Shown: positions 47,655 to 58,420, numbered from the stretch's first letter. The stretch is 64,000 bases of DNA from Flavobacteriales bacterium (GCA_016779995.1 JADHMO010000003.1:102733-166732), one strand, 5' to 3'. Numbers and translations are program-made. Notes: generated by a model not told the origin, from the letters alone.

Positions 47655-49126
47655 ACCAGTTTAATAGCTTTACCTTTTAGTGTTGCTGAGGTGAAGTCCT
47701 CAACATGTACTATAACATAATCTCCAGCCTTGTAATCTTCTCTAGGAAATACAATGACAGTGTTTTGTGAATTTCTTCCGTATAATTCTTCTTTAGACTT
47801 CTTAGAAACCCCTTCTACAAGTACTTTATGTGTTTTGCCAACTTGTTCTTTATTTCTAATAAAAGCGTGTTTCATCTGAAGATCAATAATTTCTTGCAGT
47901 CTTCTTTTTTTAGTTTCGGCAGGAACATCATCATTTAACTTGCGTTGTGCTTGTGTATTTGGTCTTTCAGAATAGCTGAACATATAGCCAAAGTCATATT
48001 TTACGGCTTCCATCAGACTTAATGTATCCTTGTGTTCTTCTTCTGTTTCAGTACAAAATCCAGAAATGATATCCATTGATATGCCGCAATCTGGAATAAT
48101 TCTTCTTATTGCTTCAATTCTATTTAGATACCACTCCCTAGTATATCCTCTATTCATGAGCTCAAGAATTCTGCTATTTCCAGATTGAACAGGTAAGTGA
48201 ATATAATTGCAAATGTTCTCATACTTAGCAATAGTATGAAGGACATCGTCTTGCATATCTTTAGGGTGAGAAGTAGAAAAACGAACTCTTAGACTAGGAC
48301 TAACTTCAGCTACCATAGCTAAAAGCTCTGCAAAATTGGTGCTTTTGTCTTGTTCTTCTTGGCTTAATTTATCAAAGTCCTTTTTTGGGCCGCCTCCATA
48401 CCATAGGTATGAATCTACATTTTGACCAAGTAAGGTAACTTCCTTGTAACCATCAACTACTAATTGCTTACATTCATCAACAATACTTTTTGGGTCTCTA
48501 CTTCTTTCTCTTCCTCTAGTAAAAGGTACAACACAGAATGAACACATATTGTCACACCCTCTAGTAATGGATACAAAGGCTGTAATGCCATTTCCGCCTA
48601 GCCTTACAGGGCTTATCTCTGCATAGGTTTCTTCCTTAGAAAGAATAACATTGACCGCTTTTCTTCCATCATTAACTTCCTCAATTAGATTAGGTAAATC
48701 ACGATAAGCATCTGGCCCTACAACTATATCAACAAGTTTTTCTTCTTCTAAAAATTTATCCTTTAGACGTTCTGCCATACAGCCTAAAACACCAACAAGC
48801 ATTTTCGGGTTTTGTTTTTTCTTAATGGCATTATACACTTTCAGTCTATTTCTTACGGTTTGCTCAGCTTTTTCTCTAATCGAACACGTATTTACAAATA
48901 CTACATCAGCATCTTCAAGGTTTGGTGTTGTGGAAAAGCCTTCCTTAGTTAGAATAGAGGCTACAATTTCACTGTCAGAAAAGTTCATTTGACAACCATA
49001 ACTCTCTATATACATCTTTTTGGCTCCAACTTCTGTCTGATTAAGTTGTAAGGCTTCGCCTTGTCTCGCAATATCTACTACCTTTTCGATGTCTTCCATA
49101 TGATTTATGCTAAATAAAGATTGCAA
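47651..49126 (-). CDS. miaB: tRNA-i6A37 methylthiotransferase MiaB (exact start uncertain)
   Basis: UPF0004 domain [10 protein letters not shown], radical SAM cluster motif [13 protein letters not shown]-terminal TRAM domain. Confidence 0.93.
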   Translation of the reverse strand: MQSLFSINHMEDIEKVVDIARQGEALQLNQTEVGAKKMYIESYGCQMNFSDSEIVASILTKEGFSTTPNLEDADVVFVNTCSIREKAEQTVRNRLKVYNAIKKKQNPKMLVGVLGCMAERLKDKFLEEEKLVDIVVGPDAYRDLPNLIEEVNDGRKAVNVILSKEETYAEISPVRLGGNGITAFVSITRGCDNMCSFCVVPFTRGRERSRDPKSIVDECKQLVVDGYKEVTLLGQNVDSYLWYGGGPKKDFDKLSQEEQDKSTNFAELLAMVAEVSPSLRVRFSTSHPKDMQDDVLHTIAKYENICNYIHLPVQSGNSRILELMNRGYTREWYLNRIEAIRRIIPDCGISMDIISGFCTETEEEHKDTLSLMEAVKYDFGYMFSYSERPNTQAQRKLNDDVPAETKKRRLQEIIDLQMKHAFIRNKEQVGKTHKVLVEGVSKKSKEELYGRNSQNTVIVFPREDYKAGDYVIVHVEDFTSATLKGKAIKLV

Positions 49127-49283
49127 AATTAATAAAAACTGCCAAATTGACAGAAAAAATATTTTTTCAAAATTATTATATTATTTATAATATAAAGTCA
49201 ATTTGGCGGTGTCAGTCGTTTGGAATTTTAAAAAAAGGTGTTCTATATTTGCATTCATTTTAAACGAAAACAACTTATTTCTT

Positions 49284-51596
49284 ATGGCAAAAAATTTAGT
49301 GATTGTTGAGTCACCAGCAAAAGCAAAAACAATTGAAGGTTTTTTAGGAAAAGACTTTTTAGTAAAATCAAGTATAGGTCACATCAGGGATTTGCCTAAG
49401 AAAGGTGGAATGGCTATTGATATAGAAAATGGATTCGCGCCTACCTATGAAGTTTCTGCTGACAAGAAAAAAGTTGTTGACGAATTAAGTAAACTTTCTA
49501 AAAAATCGGAAGTTGTATGGCTCGCAACGGATGAGGACCGTGAAGGAGAGGCCATCGCTTGGCATTTGCAAGAAGCGTTAAAGCTAAAGGCAGAAAAAAC
49601 CAAGCGTATTGTTTTTAATGAAATTACAAAATCAGCAATAACAAAAGCCGTAGACAACCCAAGAGAGATTGATATAAACTTGGTGAATGCCCAACAAGCT
49701 AGGCGAGTTCTTGACCGATTAGTAGGTTTTGAGTTATCGCCTGTTTTATGGAAAAAAGTCAAATATGGCCTTTCTGCTGGACGTGTTCAGTCTGTCGCTG
49801 TAAGATTGATTGTTGAGCGTGAAAAAGAAATCACAAATTTTGTAAGTGAATCTAGCTATAAGGTTTCTGCCTATTTTTTGAACACCGATCAACTAGTTTT
49901 TAAAGCGGATTTGCCAGAACGTTTTAAATCAAAAGATGAGGCACTTTCATTCTTAGAGTCTTGTTCTAATTCAACCTTTACAATTTCTTCACTGACCAAA
50001 AAACCAGCTAAAAAATCTCCAACAGCTCCATTTACTACATCTACCCTTCAGCAAGAGGCATCTAGAAAGTTAGGCTTTACTGTTGGCCAAACGATGAGTG
50101 TGGCTCAAAAACTTTACGAATCAGGTAAAATTACTTATATGCGTACAGATAGTATGAATCTTTCTGACGATGCTATTAAGTCTGCGGGTGGTTTTATAGA
50201 GTCAAATTATGGAAGCGAATATTTTAAGAGTAGAAAATTCGCCACTAAATCCAAAGGAGCTCAAGAGGCTCACGAAGCGATTAGACCTACTAATTTAGCT
50301 AATGCTAAAGTTGATGGTGAGCGTAACCATAAAAGGTTGTATGAACTTATTTGGAAGAGAACAATTGCTTCGCAAATGGCAGACGCCCAATTGGAAAGAA
50401 CTACTGCTGAAATAACAGTTTCTAATGCCTCTAATCACTTCCTAGCCAAAGGAGAAATGATCAAGTTTGATGGTTTTCTTAAGGTGTATATGGAAAGTAC
50501 AGACGATGAGGATTCTGAAGAACAAGACGGTATGTTGCCTAAATTAAATGAAGGTGAAGTCGTATTTTCTAGAGAAATAAATGCTGTTGAACGATTTAGT
50601 AAGCCTAAGCCTAGATTTACTGAGGCTAGTTTGGTTAAGCGATTAGAAGAACTTGGGATTGGCCGCCCATCTACCTATGCTTCAACAATTACAACAATAC
50701 AAAACAGAGGCTATGTCGAAAAAGGACAAAGCGAAGGAGTTTTAAAGCCTTATCTAAGTCTTACGCTGAAAGACAATGCTATTACAGAAGAAAAAAAATC
50801 TGAAAAAACAGGTTCAGATAAGTCTAAATTGAAGCCTACAGATATTGGAACTGTGGTAACTGAATTTTTAGAAACTAACTTTTCAGATGTTATGGATTAT
50901 GGTTTTACAGCTGACGTTGAAAAAGAATTTGACTTCATTGCAAAAGGTGAAAAAGTTTGGAACGAAATGATTAGTCAATTTTATGATGGTTTTGTTAAAA
51001 CGGTCAATGATGTTGCTGACACTTCTGAGGCGGCTAAAGGTGAGCGACTTCTTGGAACCGAACCGAAATCAGGTGAAAATGTTTACGTTAAAATAGGTCG
51101 TTTCGGTCCCATGGCTCAGATTGGTGAGGCTAGTGATGAAAAGAAACCTAGATTCGCTTCATTATTAGCATCGCAAAGTATAAACACAATAACATTAGAA
51201 GAAACCTTAGAATTGTTTAAATTACCAAGAACTGTTGGAGAGTTTGAGGGTGAAGAAGTAGTGGCGGCTATAGGTCGTTTCGGTCCTTATCTAAGGTTCA
51301 AAGGTAAGTTTGTGTCCATAAAAAAAGACGATGGTGACGAACCATTAACTATTGAAATTGATAGGGCAATTGAATTAATTTTGGCTCATAGAAAGGCCGA
51401 AGCAGAAAGAATAATAAATCGCTTTGAAGGTGAGCCACTAGTTCAAGTGCTTAATGGAAGGTATGGTCCTTTTATCCAAATTGGTGAGGGTGCTCGTAAA
51501 AACAAAATGAACGTTAAAATACCAAAAGATGTAGAACCCAAATCTTTGACTAGAGAAATGTGTCTTGAGTTAGCAGAAAAAAGTAAGAAAAAGTAA
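49284..51596 (+). CDS. topA: DNA topoisomerase I
   Basis: TOPRIM N-terminus MAKNLVIVESPAKAKTI, DEDREGE, active-site Tyr region ITYMRTDS. The C-terminal repeats (GRFGPM/GRFGPY/GRYGPF) lack Cys zinc ribbons. ATG 49284 is preferred over the extended ORF start 49203. Confidence 0.95.
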   Translation: MAKNLVIVESPAKAKTIEGFLGKDFLVKSSIGHIRDLPKKGGMAIDIENGFAPTYEVSADKKKVVDELSKLSKKSEVVWLATDEDREGEAIAWHLQEALKLKAEKTKRIVFNEITKSAITKAVDNPREIDINLVNAQQARRVLDRLVGFELSPVLWKKVKYGLSAGRVQSVAVRLIVEREKEITNFVSESSYKVSAYFLNTDQLVFKADLPERFKSKDEALSFLESCSNSTFTISSLTKKPAKKSPTAPFTTSTLQQEASRKLGFTVGQTMSVAQKLYESGKITYMRTDSMNLSDDAIKSAGGFIESNYGSEYFKSRKFATKSKGAQEAHEAIRPTNLANAKVDGERNHKRLYELIWKRTIASQMADAQLERTTAEITVSNASNHFLAKGEMIKFDGFLKVYMESTDDEDSEEQDGMLPKLNEGEVVFSREINAVERFSKPKPRFTEASLVKRLEELGIGRPSTYASTITTIQNRGYVEKGQSEGVLKPYLSLTLKDNAITEEKKSEKTGSDKSKLKPTDIGTVVTEFLETNFSDVMDYGFTADVEKEFDFIAKGEKVWNEMISQFYDGFVKTVNDVADTSEAAKGERLLGTEPKSGENVYVKIGRFGPMAQIGEASDEKKPRFASLLASQSINTITLEETLELFKLPRTVGEFEGEEVVAAIGRFGPYLRFKGKFVSIKKDDGDEPLTIEIDRAIELILAHRKAEAERIINRFEGEPLVQVLNGRYGPFIQIGEGARKNKMNVKIPKDVEPKSLTREMCLELAEKSKKK

Positions 51597-52757
51597 ATGG
51601 AATTTGAGTTAAGCTTTAAACCTTTGGTTCATCGTAGTGAAGACTATCAAAATAGTCAGCTTGGACGTAATATTATGGCTTACACTCAAGGTGACTTTCC
51701 AAACCTAGCTGAAGCAGATTTAGTTATTTTTAGTGTTCCAGAATTTCGAGGAACCTCATTCAATAATAAGGCTGATTCTCTAGATAAAATACGAACAGAA
51801 TTATATCAATTGTTTGAGGGGCAAGAAAGGCTAAGGATAGCCGATTTAGGACAATTGATATTGGGCGAAAAAATTAACGATACTTATCAATTACTTACTG
51901 ATGTTTTAGTGGAGTGTGAGCAGCGAAATTTATTTGCTCTTATCATTGGTGGTGGACAAGACTTAACCCTTTCACAATACCGTTCTTGTGTGCACTTAGG
52001 GAAATTATCCAATATGGTTAGTTTTGATTCACGTTTTGACTTTGGCGAAGATGAAAATGCTTTAGCCTCTGAGTCTTACCTTTCTGAAATCATCAAAATT
52101 CAGCCAAATGTTCTTTTTAATTTTACAAATATTGGTTACCAAACCTATTTTAATACTCAAGACTCCGTTAAGCTAATCAATAAACTCTATTTTGATGCTT
52201 ATAGACTTGGAGAAATTCGACAAAATATTGAAGAAGTAGAGCCTTCATTACGAAATGCAGACTTTCTTAGCTTAGATATGGGTTGTGTACGTCTTTCTGA
52301 TAATCCTTCAGTGCTTAAAAGTTCTCCTAATGGTTTTTATGCCGAAGAAGTTTGTCAAATAATGCGTTATGCTGGAATAAGTGGTCGTCTAAAATCGTTG
52401 GGAATATTCAATTATGTCAATTTTGAGGATAAAAACTTGCAGTCAGAAAAATTAATAGCACAAATGATTTGGTGCTTTTTTGAAGGTTTTTTCCATAAAA
52501 TGAAGCTTTTTAAACCTACAGATGATGATATGGTCAAATACCATGTTTCTATGAGAGAAGGAGAGTATAATACTTGTTTCTACAAAAATAAAAAGCTGGA
52601 AAAATGGTGGATGGAAGTCCCAATAATTAATTCAAATTCCTCATTGCCTTTCGAAAATTATTTTATTCCTTGTTCATACAACGACTATCAGATAGCAGTT
52701 AAGGGAGATATGCCTGAAAGGTGGTGGAAAGCATTTCAAAAAATGAATCAACATTAA
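51597..52757 (+). CDS. arginase/formimidoylglutamase-fold protein with degenerate metal-binding motifs
   Basis: By-eye alignment to arginase family motifs: IIGGGQDLT (vs GGDHS), SFDSRFDF (vs DAHxD), LSLDMGCV (vs SxDxDxxDP). Confidence 0.5.
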   Translation: MEFELSFKPLVHRSEDYQNSQLGRNIMAYTQGDFPNLAEADLVIFSVPEFRGTSFNNKADSLDKIRTELYQLFEGQERLRIADLGQLILGEKINDTYQLLTDVLVECEQRNLFALIIGGGQDLTLSQYRSCVHLGKLSNMVSFDSRFDFGEDENALASESYLSEIIKIQPNVLFNFTNIGYQTYFNTQDSVKLINKLYFDAYRLGEIRQNIEEVEPSLRNADFLSLDMGCVRLSDNPSVLKSSPNGFYAEEVCQIMRYAGISGRLKSLGIFNYVNFEDKNLQSEKLIAQMIWCFFEGFFHKMKLFKPTDDDMVKYHVSMREGEYNTCFYKNKKLEKWWMEVPIINSNSSLPFENYFIPCSYNDYQIAVKGDMPERWWKAFQKMNQH

Positions 52758-52848
52758 AATAATACTTACTTAAGCTATTTTTCTAGTAAAAAAAAATAGT
52801 TATTTTAGCCGAATATTAATTGTGATAAACGTTTTGACGTTACCTTTT

Positions 52849-53754
52849 ATGAAAAAATATTTTTTGCTTTTCTTGTTGTTTTCTTTCGCTTTGCATTCCA
52901 AAGCACAGCAAGATCCTCAGTTTAGTCAATATATTTTTAATAATCTATCTTTCAATCCTGGATCTGCAGGTAGTGAGGAGGCGATTTGCGCGACTGCTTT
53001 GCATCGTTCTCAGTGGGTTGGATTTGAAGATGCTCCTGTCTCAACAAATTTTGCAGTTCAAAGCCCATTATCCTTATTACATGGTGGTATAGGACTAAAC
53101 ATCTTGACAGATAAAATTGGACAAAATGAATTTTTATCTCTAAACCTTTCTTATGCATATCAAGTTGAGCTTTCTGGAGGTAAATTGGGTATAGGTCTTT
53201 CTGTAGGAGTGATTCAAGATGAGATTGATGGAGCTAACATTATCACACAAAATCCTGATCCATCTATTCCAACTTCTGTTGATAAAGCATCAGGATTGGA
53301 TTTAGGAATGGGTTTGTTTTATAATTCAGACAAATTATATGTTGGACTATCTTCAAAGCATATGAATGAACCGACTATAGCAACTTCAATAGACATAATT
53401 GATATCAAAAGACATTACTATCTAACAGCCGGATACATACATGAGTTAAATGAGAAGCTTGATTTAAAGCCGTCCTTATTAGTTAAAACTGAAGGTGTAA
53501 CAACTACGGTTGATTTGACTTCATTGCTTGAATACAATAAAAAGCTTTGGGGTGGAGTTACATATAGACCGAGTTCTCGTGCAGTATTATTGTTAGGTAT
53601 GCACATCAATGAAGATTTAAAATTTGGATTTTCATATGATGTCCCAACTACAAACGTATCCACTTCAGGAACTTTCGAGTTTATGCTGGGATACTGTTTC
53701 AAAATAGATTATAACAAAGTAGTAAAAGGATTTAAAAACCCTCGATTCCTATAA
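52849..53754 (+). CDS. type IX secretion system membrane protein, PorP/SprF family
   Basis: Signal peptide plus the family signature AQQDPQFSQYIFNNLSFNPG, beta-barrel pattern, C-terminus ...FKNPRFL. ATG 52849 is preferred over GTG 52822. Confidence 0.85.
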   Translation: MKKYFLLFLLFSFALHSKAQQDPQFSQYIFNNLSFNPGSAGSEEAICATALHRSQWVGFEDAPVSTNFAVQSPLSLLHGGIGLNILTDKIGQNEFLSLNLSYAYQVELSGGKLGIGLSVGVIQDEIDGANIITQNPDPSIPTSVDKASGLDLGMGLFYNSDKLYVGLSSKHMNEPTIATSIDIIDIKRHYYLTAGYIHELNEKLDLKPSLLVKTEGVTTTVDLTSLLEYNKKLWGGVTYRPSSRAVLLLGMHINEDLKFGFSYDVPTTNVSTSGTFEFMLGYCFKIDYNKVVKGFKNPRFL

Positions 53755-53785
53755 AATTGTTATATTTGTGACTTTCTCAAGCTTA

Positions 53786-53813
53786 ATCATCACTTTTTTT
53801 AGTGGTGATTTTG
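53786..53813 (+). terminator. hairpin between porP-like gene and gldK (weak terminator or leader structure)
   Basis: ATCATCAC-TTTTTTTA-GTGGTGAT (one G-U pair) followed by TTTT. A TATATTTG box (53761-53768) lies just upstream. Confidence 0.35.
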
Positions 53814-53856
53814 TGGCTTAGAATAAAAAATAAACCCTCTTTTGAGGTATTAAAAT

Positions 53857-55164
53857 ATGAGTATTATGAAAAATTTATTTATCCTCGGTTTGATTGCAAT
53901 TGTTTTTGCAAGTTGTTCAACAACTGGTAACGGAGAGTTGATTGGTGTTCAGAATAGACCTATTTGGAACCCAACTGATCCTTATGGAATGGTTTTTGTT
54001 CCTCAAGGTAGTTTTAACATGGGTCCTGGTGATCAAGATGTGCCTTATGCGCACGTCACACAGCACAAAACGGTTTCTGTTGCAGCGTTCTACATTGATG
54101 AAACTGAAATAACAAATAATGAATATAGACAATTTGTTACTTGGGTGCGTGATTCTATTGCTAGAATAATTCTAGGTGAAAATGGTGTTGAAGGATATGA
54201 GTTGATAGAAGAAGACGAATACGGTAATTTTATTGATCCACCAAACATTGATTGGAACAGACCTATTCGTTGGGAGGATGCTGAAGTAAGAGAGGTGCTC
54301 GAAGATGAGATGTATCTTCCAGAGCATGAACGTTTCTATTCAAGACGTCAATTTGATACAAGAAAATATAATTATCGCTACGAAGATGTTGATATCGTAA
54401 GAGCCTCTTCAAGATCAAATAAAGCAAAGGGTAAAGAAGATAGGTCTATCTTTGTTGAGAAGCCAGAAATTAACATTTTCCCTGATACGTTAGTTTGGAC
54501 TTCAGATTACACCTATTCCTACAACGATCCTCTTTCTAGGAATTATTTTCATCACCCAGCATTCGATGACTATCCTGTAGTTGGTGTAAGTTGGAAACAA
54601 GCTGTGGCCTTTTCTAAATGGAGAACACATATCTTAGATAATTACCTCAATGATAGAGAAGAGCCTTTACATGACGAATTTCGTCTTCCTTCCGAGTCTG
54701 AATGGGAGTATGCTGCTAGAGGAGGATATGATTTAGCTCCTTATCCATGGGGCGGTCCTTATACGACCAATGATGCTGGATGTTTCTTAGCTAACTTTAA
54801 GCCAAGACGTGGTAATTATACTGCTGATGGTGGATTGAGAACAGTAAAGGTGGCCTCATATAATCCTAATAATTTCGGTTTGTACGATATGGCTGGAAAT
54901 GTTGCTGAGTGGACAAGTAATGCTTATGACGAATCAGCATTTAATTTTGCTCACGATATGAATTTTGATTTCAATTATGATGCCGAAGATTCAGATCCTG
55001 AGATTTTAAAACGTAAAGTAATCAGAGGTGGTTCTTGGAAAGATATTTCTCATTTTATTCAAGTTGGAACAAGAGATTACGAATTTCAAGATACAGCAAA
55101 ATCCTATATAGGTTTCAGAAATGTAATATCATTTATTGGTAGAGACAAAGCAGATTTTAGATAA
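53857..55164 (+). CDS. gldK: gliding motility / T9SS lipoprotein GldK (SUMF1/FGE-fold)
   Basis: Lipobox VFASCS, GELIGVQNR...PYGMVFVPQGSFNMG, FGE-sulfatase-like motifs YPVVGVSWKQAVAFSKW, RLPSESEWEYAARGG, NFGLYDMAGNVAEW. Alternative start at ATG 53866. Confidence 0.9.
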   Translation: MSIMKNLFILGLIAIVFASCSTTGNGELIGVQNRPIWNPTDPYGMVFVPQGSFNMGPGDQDVPYAHVTQHKTVSVAAFYIDETEITNNEYRQFVTWVRDSIARIILGENGVEGYELIEEDEYGNFIDPPNIDWNRPIRWEDAEVREVLEDEMYLPEHERFYSRRQFDTRKYNYRYEDVDIVRASSRSNKAKGKEDRSIFVEKPEINIFPDTLVWTSDYTYSYNDPLSRNYFHHPAFDDYPVVGVSWKQAVAFSKWRTHILDNYLNDREEPLHDEFRLPSESEWEYAARGGYDLAPYPWGGPYTTNDAGCFLANFKPRRGNYTADGGLRTVKVASYNPNNFGLYDMAGNVAEWTSNAYDESAFNFAHDMNFDFNYDAEDSDPEILKRKVIRGGSWKDISHFIQVGTRDYEFQDTAKSYIGFRNVISFIGRDKADFR

Positions 55165-55196
55165 TTATTTAACAAATTTTATAGAAAAACTACATT

Positions 55197-55820
55197 ATGG
55201 CATTAATCAACCCTAATTCAAAGAAATTTAAAAATGGAATGGCAAAGCTCTATGGTTTTGGAGCGGCTATTGTAATCCTTGGTGCATTATTTAAATTACA
55301 GCATTGGACTGGTGCTGGCGCTATGTTAACAATAGGTCTTACTGTTGAGGCGGTTATCTTTTTCTTCTCGGCATTTGAAAAGCCACATGAAGAGCCAGAT
55401 TGGAGTTTAGTATATCCAGAACTTGCCTATATGAAAGATCCAGATGATAAATCATCTTCTTCATCGGCTAAAACACCTGTGCAGGAGTTGGACAATATGT
55501 TGGAAAATGCTAATGTTGACCAAGCTCTTATAACCAGATTAGGTGATAATTTAAGAAGCTTTAATGAAACAGTTGAAGGTGTCAATAAGTCTATGGATGC
55601 AGTTTCTGCAACAGGTGATTATAGTGATCAAATGCGTGAAGCAGCTAGAAAATTAGCTGAAATGAATACCTATTATGACTTGCAACTTAAAACTATGCAA
55701 AATATGGGTAATTCAGTAGGAGACTCAGAAAAGTTTCAGGTTGAAATTTCTAAGTTAGGTACTAATTTAGAGGCTCTCAACAAGATGTATGCAAACATGC
55801 TCAGCGCAATGAATAAATAA
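55197..55820 (+). CDS. gldL: gliding motility / T9SS motor protein GldL
   Basis: Two N-terminal TM helices (KLYGFGAAIVILGALFKLQHW; LTIGLTVEAVIFFFSAFE with the conserved TM Glu), then a cytoplasmic helical domain. Positioned between gldK and gldM. Confidence 0.88.
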   Translation: MALINPNSKKFKNGMAKLYGFGAAIVILGALFKLQHWTGAGAMLTIGLTVEAVIFFFSAFEKPHEEPDWSLVYPELAYMKDPDDKSSSSSAKTPVQELDNMLENANVDQALITRLGDNLRSFNETVEGVNKSMDAVSATGDYSDQMREAARKLAEMNTYYDLQLKTMQNMGNSVGDSEKFQVEISKLGTNLEALNKMYANMLSAMNK

Positions 55821-55853
55821 ATAATTCTATTTAAATTTAATTAGAACACTCTA

Positions 55854-57515
55854 ATGGCAGGAAATAATTTATCGCCCAGACAGAAAATGATTGGTATGAT
55901 GTATTTGGTACTAACAGCAATGTTAGCATTGAATGTATCCAAAGAAGTTCTTGACGCTTTCCAGAAGATAAATGGAGGTATTGTAAAGACTACACAAAAC
56001 TTCAATAGTAAGAATGACGAAGTATATTCTGCTTTTGTATCAGCTGCCGAAACTAATGAAACTAAAGCTGGTCCGTGGAGAGATAAGGCGTTTAGTGTAA
56101 AAGAAAAAGCAGATAAGTTAAACGACGATATTCAACGCTTAAAGTTTGATATGGTGATGCTTGCTGATAAGCAAGTAACTTTTGAAGGAAAAGAGCCAAT
56201 AGAAAATATAACTTATGATGATTTATCAGCCGCTCAGAAAAAAATGCTGATGGTTGATGTAATTAGCAAAAAGGATAGAGAGCGTCCAGGTGAGTTGATG
56301 ATTAACAAGGGGAATGGTGAAATTTTACAAAAGGCTCTAGAGGAATATCGTGATTATCTTAAAGAGTTAGTTGATGAGCCAACTATTCAGTCTTCACTTT
56401 CAACTACATTTACTTTCGAAGATAAGAAAGAAAAATATGGTTCTGGAATGCTTTCTTGGGTTCAGCAGAACTTTCAAGATATGCCTTTAATTGCAGCAGT
56501 AACTATCTTATCTAAGATTCAAACTGATGTCAGAAACGCTGAATCTGATGTAATAAAATATTTACAGCAAGAGATTGATGCAGGTTCTTTAAAGTTTACA
56601 TCTGCTGATGCTATTCAAATTGCAACTTCAAACTATGTTTTCTTAGGAGATTCTTTCAAAGCTGATGTTTTTCTTGCTGCAAAGGATACAACCCAAAACC
56701 CTTTGATTTATGTTGGAGACTACGAAGTCGATGAAGATGGAAAATATAAAATGGTAGGTAATTATGACTCTATACCTGTTGTTTCTGGAAAAGGAAAGTA
56801 TGCTGTTAAGGCAAATTCCGAAGGATACAAAAAATGGGGTGGTCTAATCTCAATGAAGACTGATGCTGGAACAAAACTTTACCCATTTAATGGTGAATAT
56901 CAAGTAGCTAAAGCAAGTTTAGTTGTTTCTCCTACTAAGATGAATGTGTTTTATATTCTTGCTAGCTATCCATTGAAAGAAGATGCATTAGGAAACCCAA
57001 TTGATGTATCTGTACCTGGTGTTCCTAAAGACAAGTTAAGTGTAAGTTGTGATAATGGAACCGTAAAGAAAGTTGGCGCAGGATGGGAAGTTTTCCCTAA
57101 AACTACGGGAAAAGCTAAAATTAGCGTCACCGCTGAAATTGACGGCAAAAAAAGAAATATGGGCTCTTTAGAGTACAGAGTAATGAGAACTCCTAAGCCC
57201 GAACCAAAGTTTTTAGGATCTAAAAACAAAAAAGTCAAGAAGAGTCAGTTGCTTTCTTCTAATGCTAAGTTATATGCTGAATTAAGCAACTTTGTTTTTG
57301 ATATTAAATACAGAATTACAGGCTTCTCTGTTGATGTAACTCAGCGTGGAGAATTAGTTACTAAATTTGCTAAGGGAAATAAAGTAACACCTGAAATGAA
57401 ATCATTGTTTGAATCTCTACAAGTCGGTTCGGTATTATACTTTACTAACATAACTTGTAAAGGTCCCGATGGCGCACCAAAGTCGTTGCCTGCGCTTAAA
57501 TTAACAATAAATTAA
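55854..57515 (+). CDS. gldM: gliding motility / T9SS protein GldM
   Basis: MAGNNLSPRQKMIGMMYLVLTAMLALNVSKEVLDAF matches the GldM/PorM N-terminal signature. Single TM plus a long periplasmic part. Confidence 0.88.
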   Translation: MAGNNLSPRQKMIGMMYLVLTAMLALNVSKEVLDAFQKINGGIVKTTQNFNSKNDEVYSAFVSAAETNETKAGPWRDKAFSVKEKADKLNDDIQRLKFDMVMLADKQVTFEGKEPIENITYDDLSAAQKKMLMVDVISKKDRERPGELMINKGNGEILQKALEEYRDYLKELVDEPTIQSSLSTTFTFEDKKEKYGSGMLSWVQQNFQDMPLIAAVTILSKIQTDVRNAESDVIKYLQQEIDAGSLKFTSADAIQIATSNYVFLGDSFKADVFLAAKDTTQNPLIYVGDYEVDEDGKYKMVGNYDSIPVVSGKGKYAVKANSEGYKKWGGLISMKTDAGTKLYPFNGEYQVAKASLVVSPTKMNVFYILASYPLKEDALGNPIDVSVPGVPKDKLSVSCDNGTVKKVGAGWEVFPKTTGKAKISVTAEIDGKKRNMGSLEYRVMRTPKPEPKFLGSKNKKVKKSQLLSSNAKLYAELSNFVFDIKYRITGFSVDVTQRGELVTKFAKGNKVTPEMKSLFESLQVGSVLYFTNITCKGPDGAPKSLPALKLTIN

Positions 57516-57527
57516 AACCTAAATATT

Positions 57528-58397
57528 ATGAAGAATTTAATTTTAGTTGTATCCTTAATTTGCATTACACATTTTTCGTTTGCACAAGATATTTTAGACG
57601 GTACACCCCGTGATGGAGCTTATGATAAAGACATCAGAGATGGCGGTAAGGAAAGAATGATTCAAGATTATCAATACGTTCGAGAGGCTGATGTGATGTG
57701 GTCAACAAAAATTGAACGAGTAATCGATTTAAGAGAAAAGATGAATCAAGTGTTCTACTATCCTTTGTTGCCAATAAATGATAGACAAAACTTAATTGAC
57801 GTCTTGATGCAAGCTATTGATGAAGGAACGATAACTGCATATGGCAATGCAACTAATGATGATGAGTTTCAGTCTCCTATGTCTCGTTCAGAAGTGGACT
57901 TGATTGGTGTTATGGAAGGGGAGAAAATGACTATTGAAGAGAAGTTTGATCCAGACAATCAAGAATATTATTTAGATACCACTTATAACATATTTCAAAG
58001 GCATGATGTGAAAAAATATAGAATTAAAGAAGAGTGGTTCTTTGATAAGCAACGTTCTGTAATGGAAGTTAGAATTATCGGTATTTGCCCAGTTATTGAT
58101 AGAAAAAATCAAGATGGTGTTTATACTGGTGAAACTTCATTGTTTTGGGTATATTTCCCTGAAGCTCGAAAAATTCTATCAAAATCTGAGGTATTTAACC
58201 ATAGGAAGAATGATGCAGCTCGTTTAACTTATGATGATATATTTCATAAAAGATTTTTCAGTAGTAGAATTGTCAAAGAGTCTAATAAATATGATAGAAA
58301 AATATCTGAGTATAAAGAAGGTATAGATGCGCTGTTAGAAGCTGAAAAGATTAAAGAAGAAATCTTTAACTTAGAACACGATCTTTGGGAATACTAG
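57528..58397 (+). CDS. gldN: gliding motility / T9SS protein GldN
   Basis: Signal peptide. YVREADVMWSTKIERVIDLREKMNQVFYYPL resembles the GldN/PorN conserved core. Last gene of the gldKLMN block. Confidence 0.88.
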   Translation: MKNLILVVSLICITHFSFAQDILDGTPRDGAYDKDIRDGGKERMIQDYQYVREADVMWSTKIERVIDLREKMNQVFYYPLLPINDRQNLIDVLMQAIDEGTITAYGNATNDDEFQSPMSRSEVDLIGVMEGEKMTIEEKFDPDNQEYYLDTTYNIFQRHDVKKYRIKEEWFFDKQRSVMEVRIIGICPVIDRKNQDGVYTGETSLFWVYFPEARKILSKSEVFNHRKNDAARLTYDDIFHKRFFSSRIVKESNKYDRKISEYKEGIDALLEAEKIKEEIFNLEHDLWEY

Positions 58398-58420
58398 TTA
58401 TTTATATTCTCTAGTAATTT

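Noticed and set aside
49127-49283. TGGCAG ... TTGCA on the minus strand upstream of miaB, considered as a possible sigma-54 promoter for the miaB-EBP operon.
   Set aside because: The GG and GC dinucleotides are separated by 17 nt instead of 10, so this is not a sigma-54 promoter geometry.
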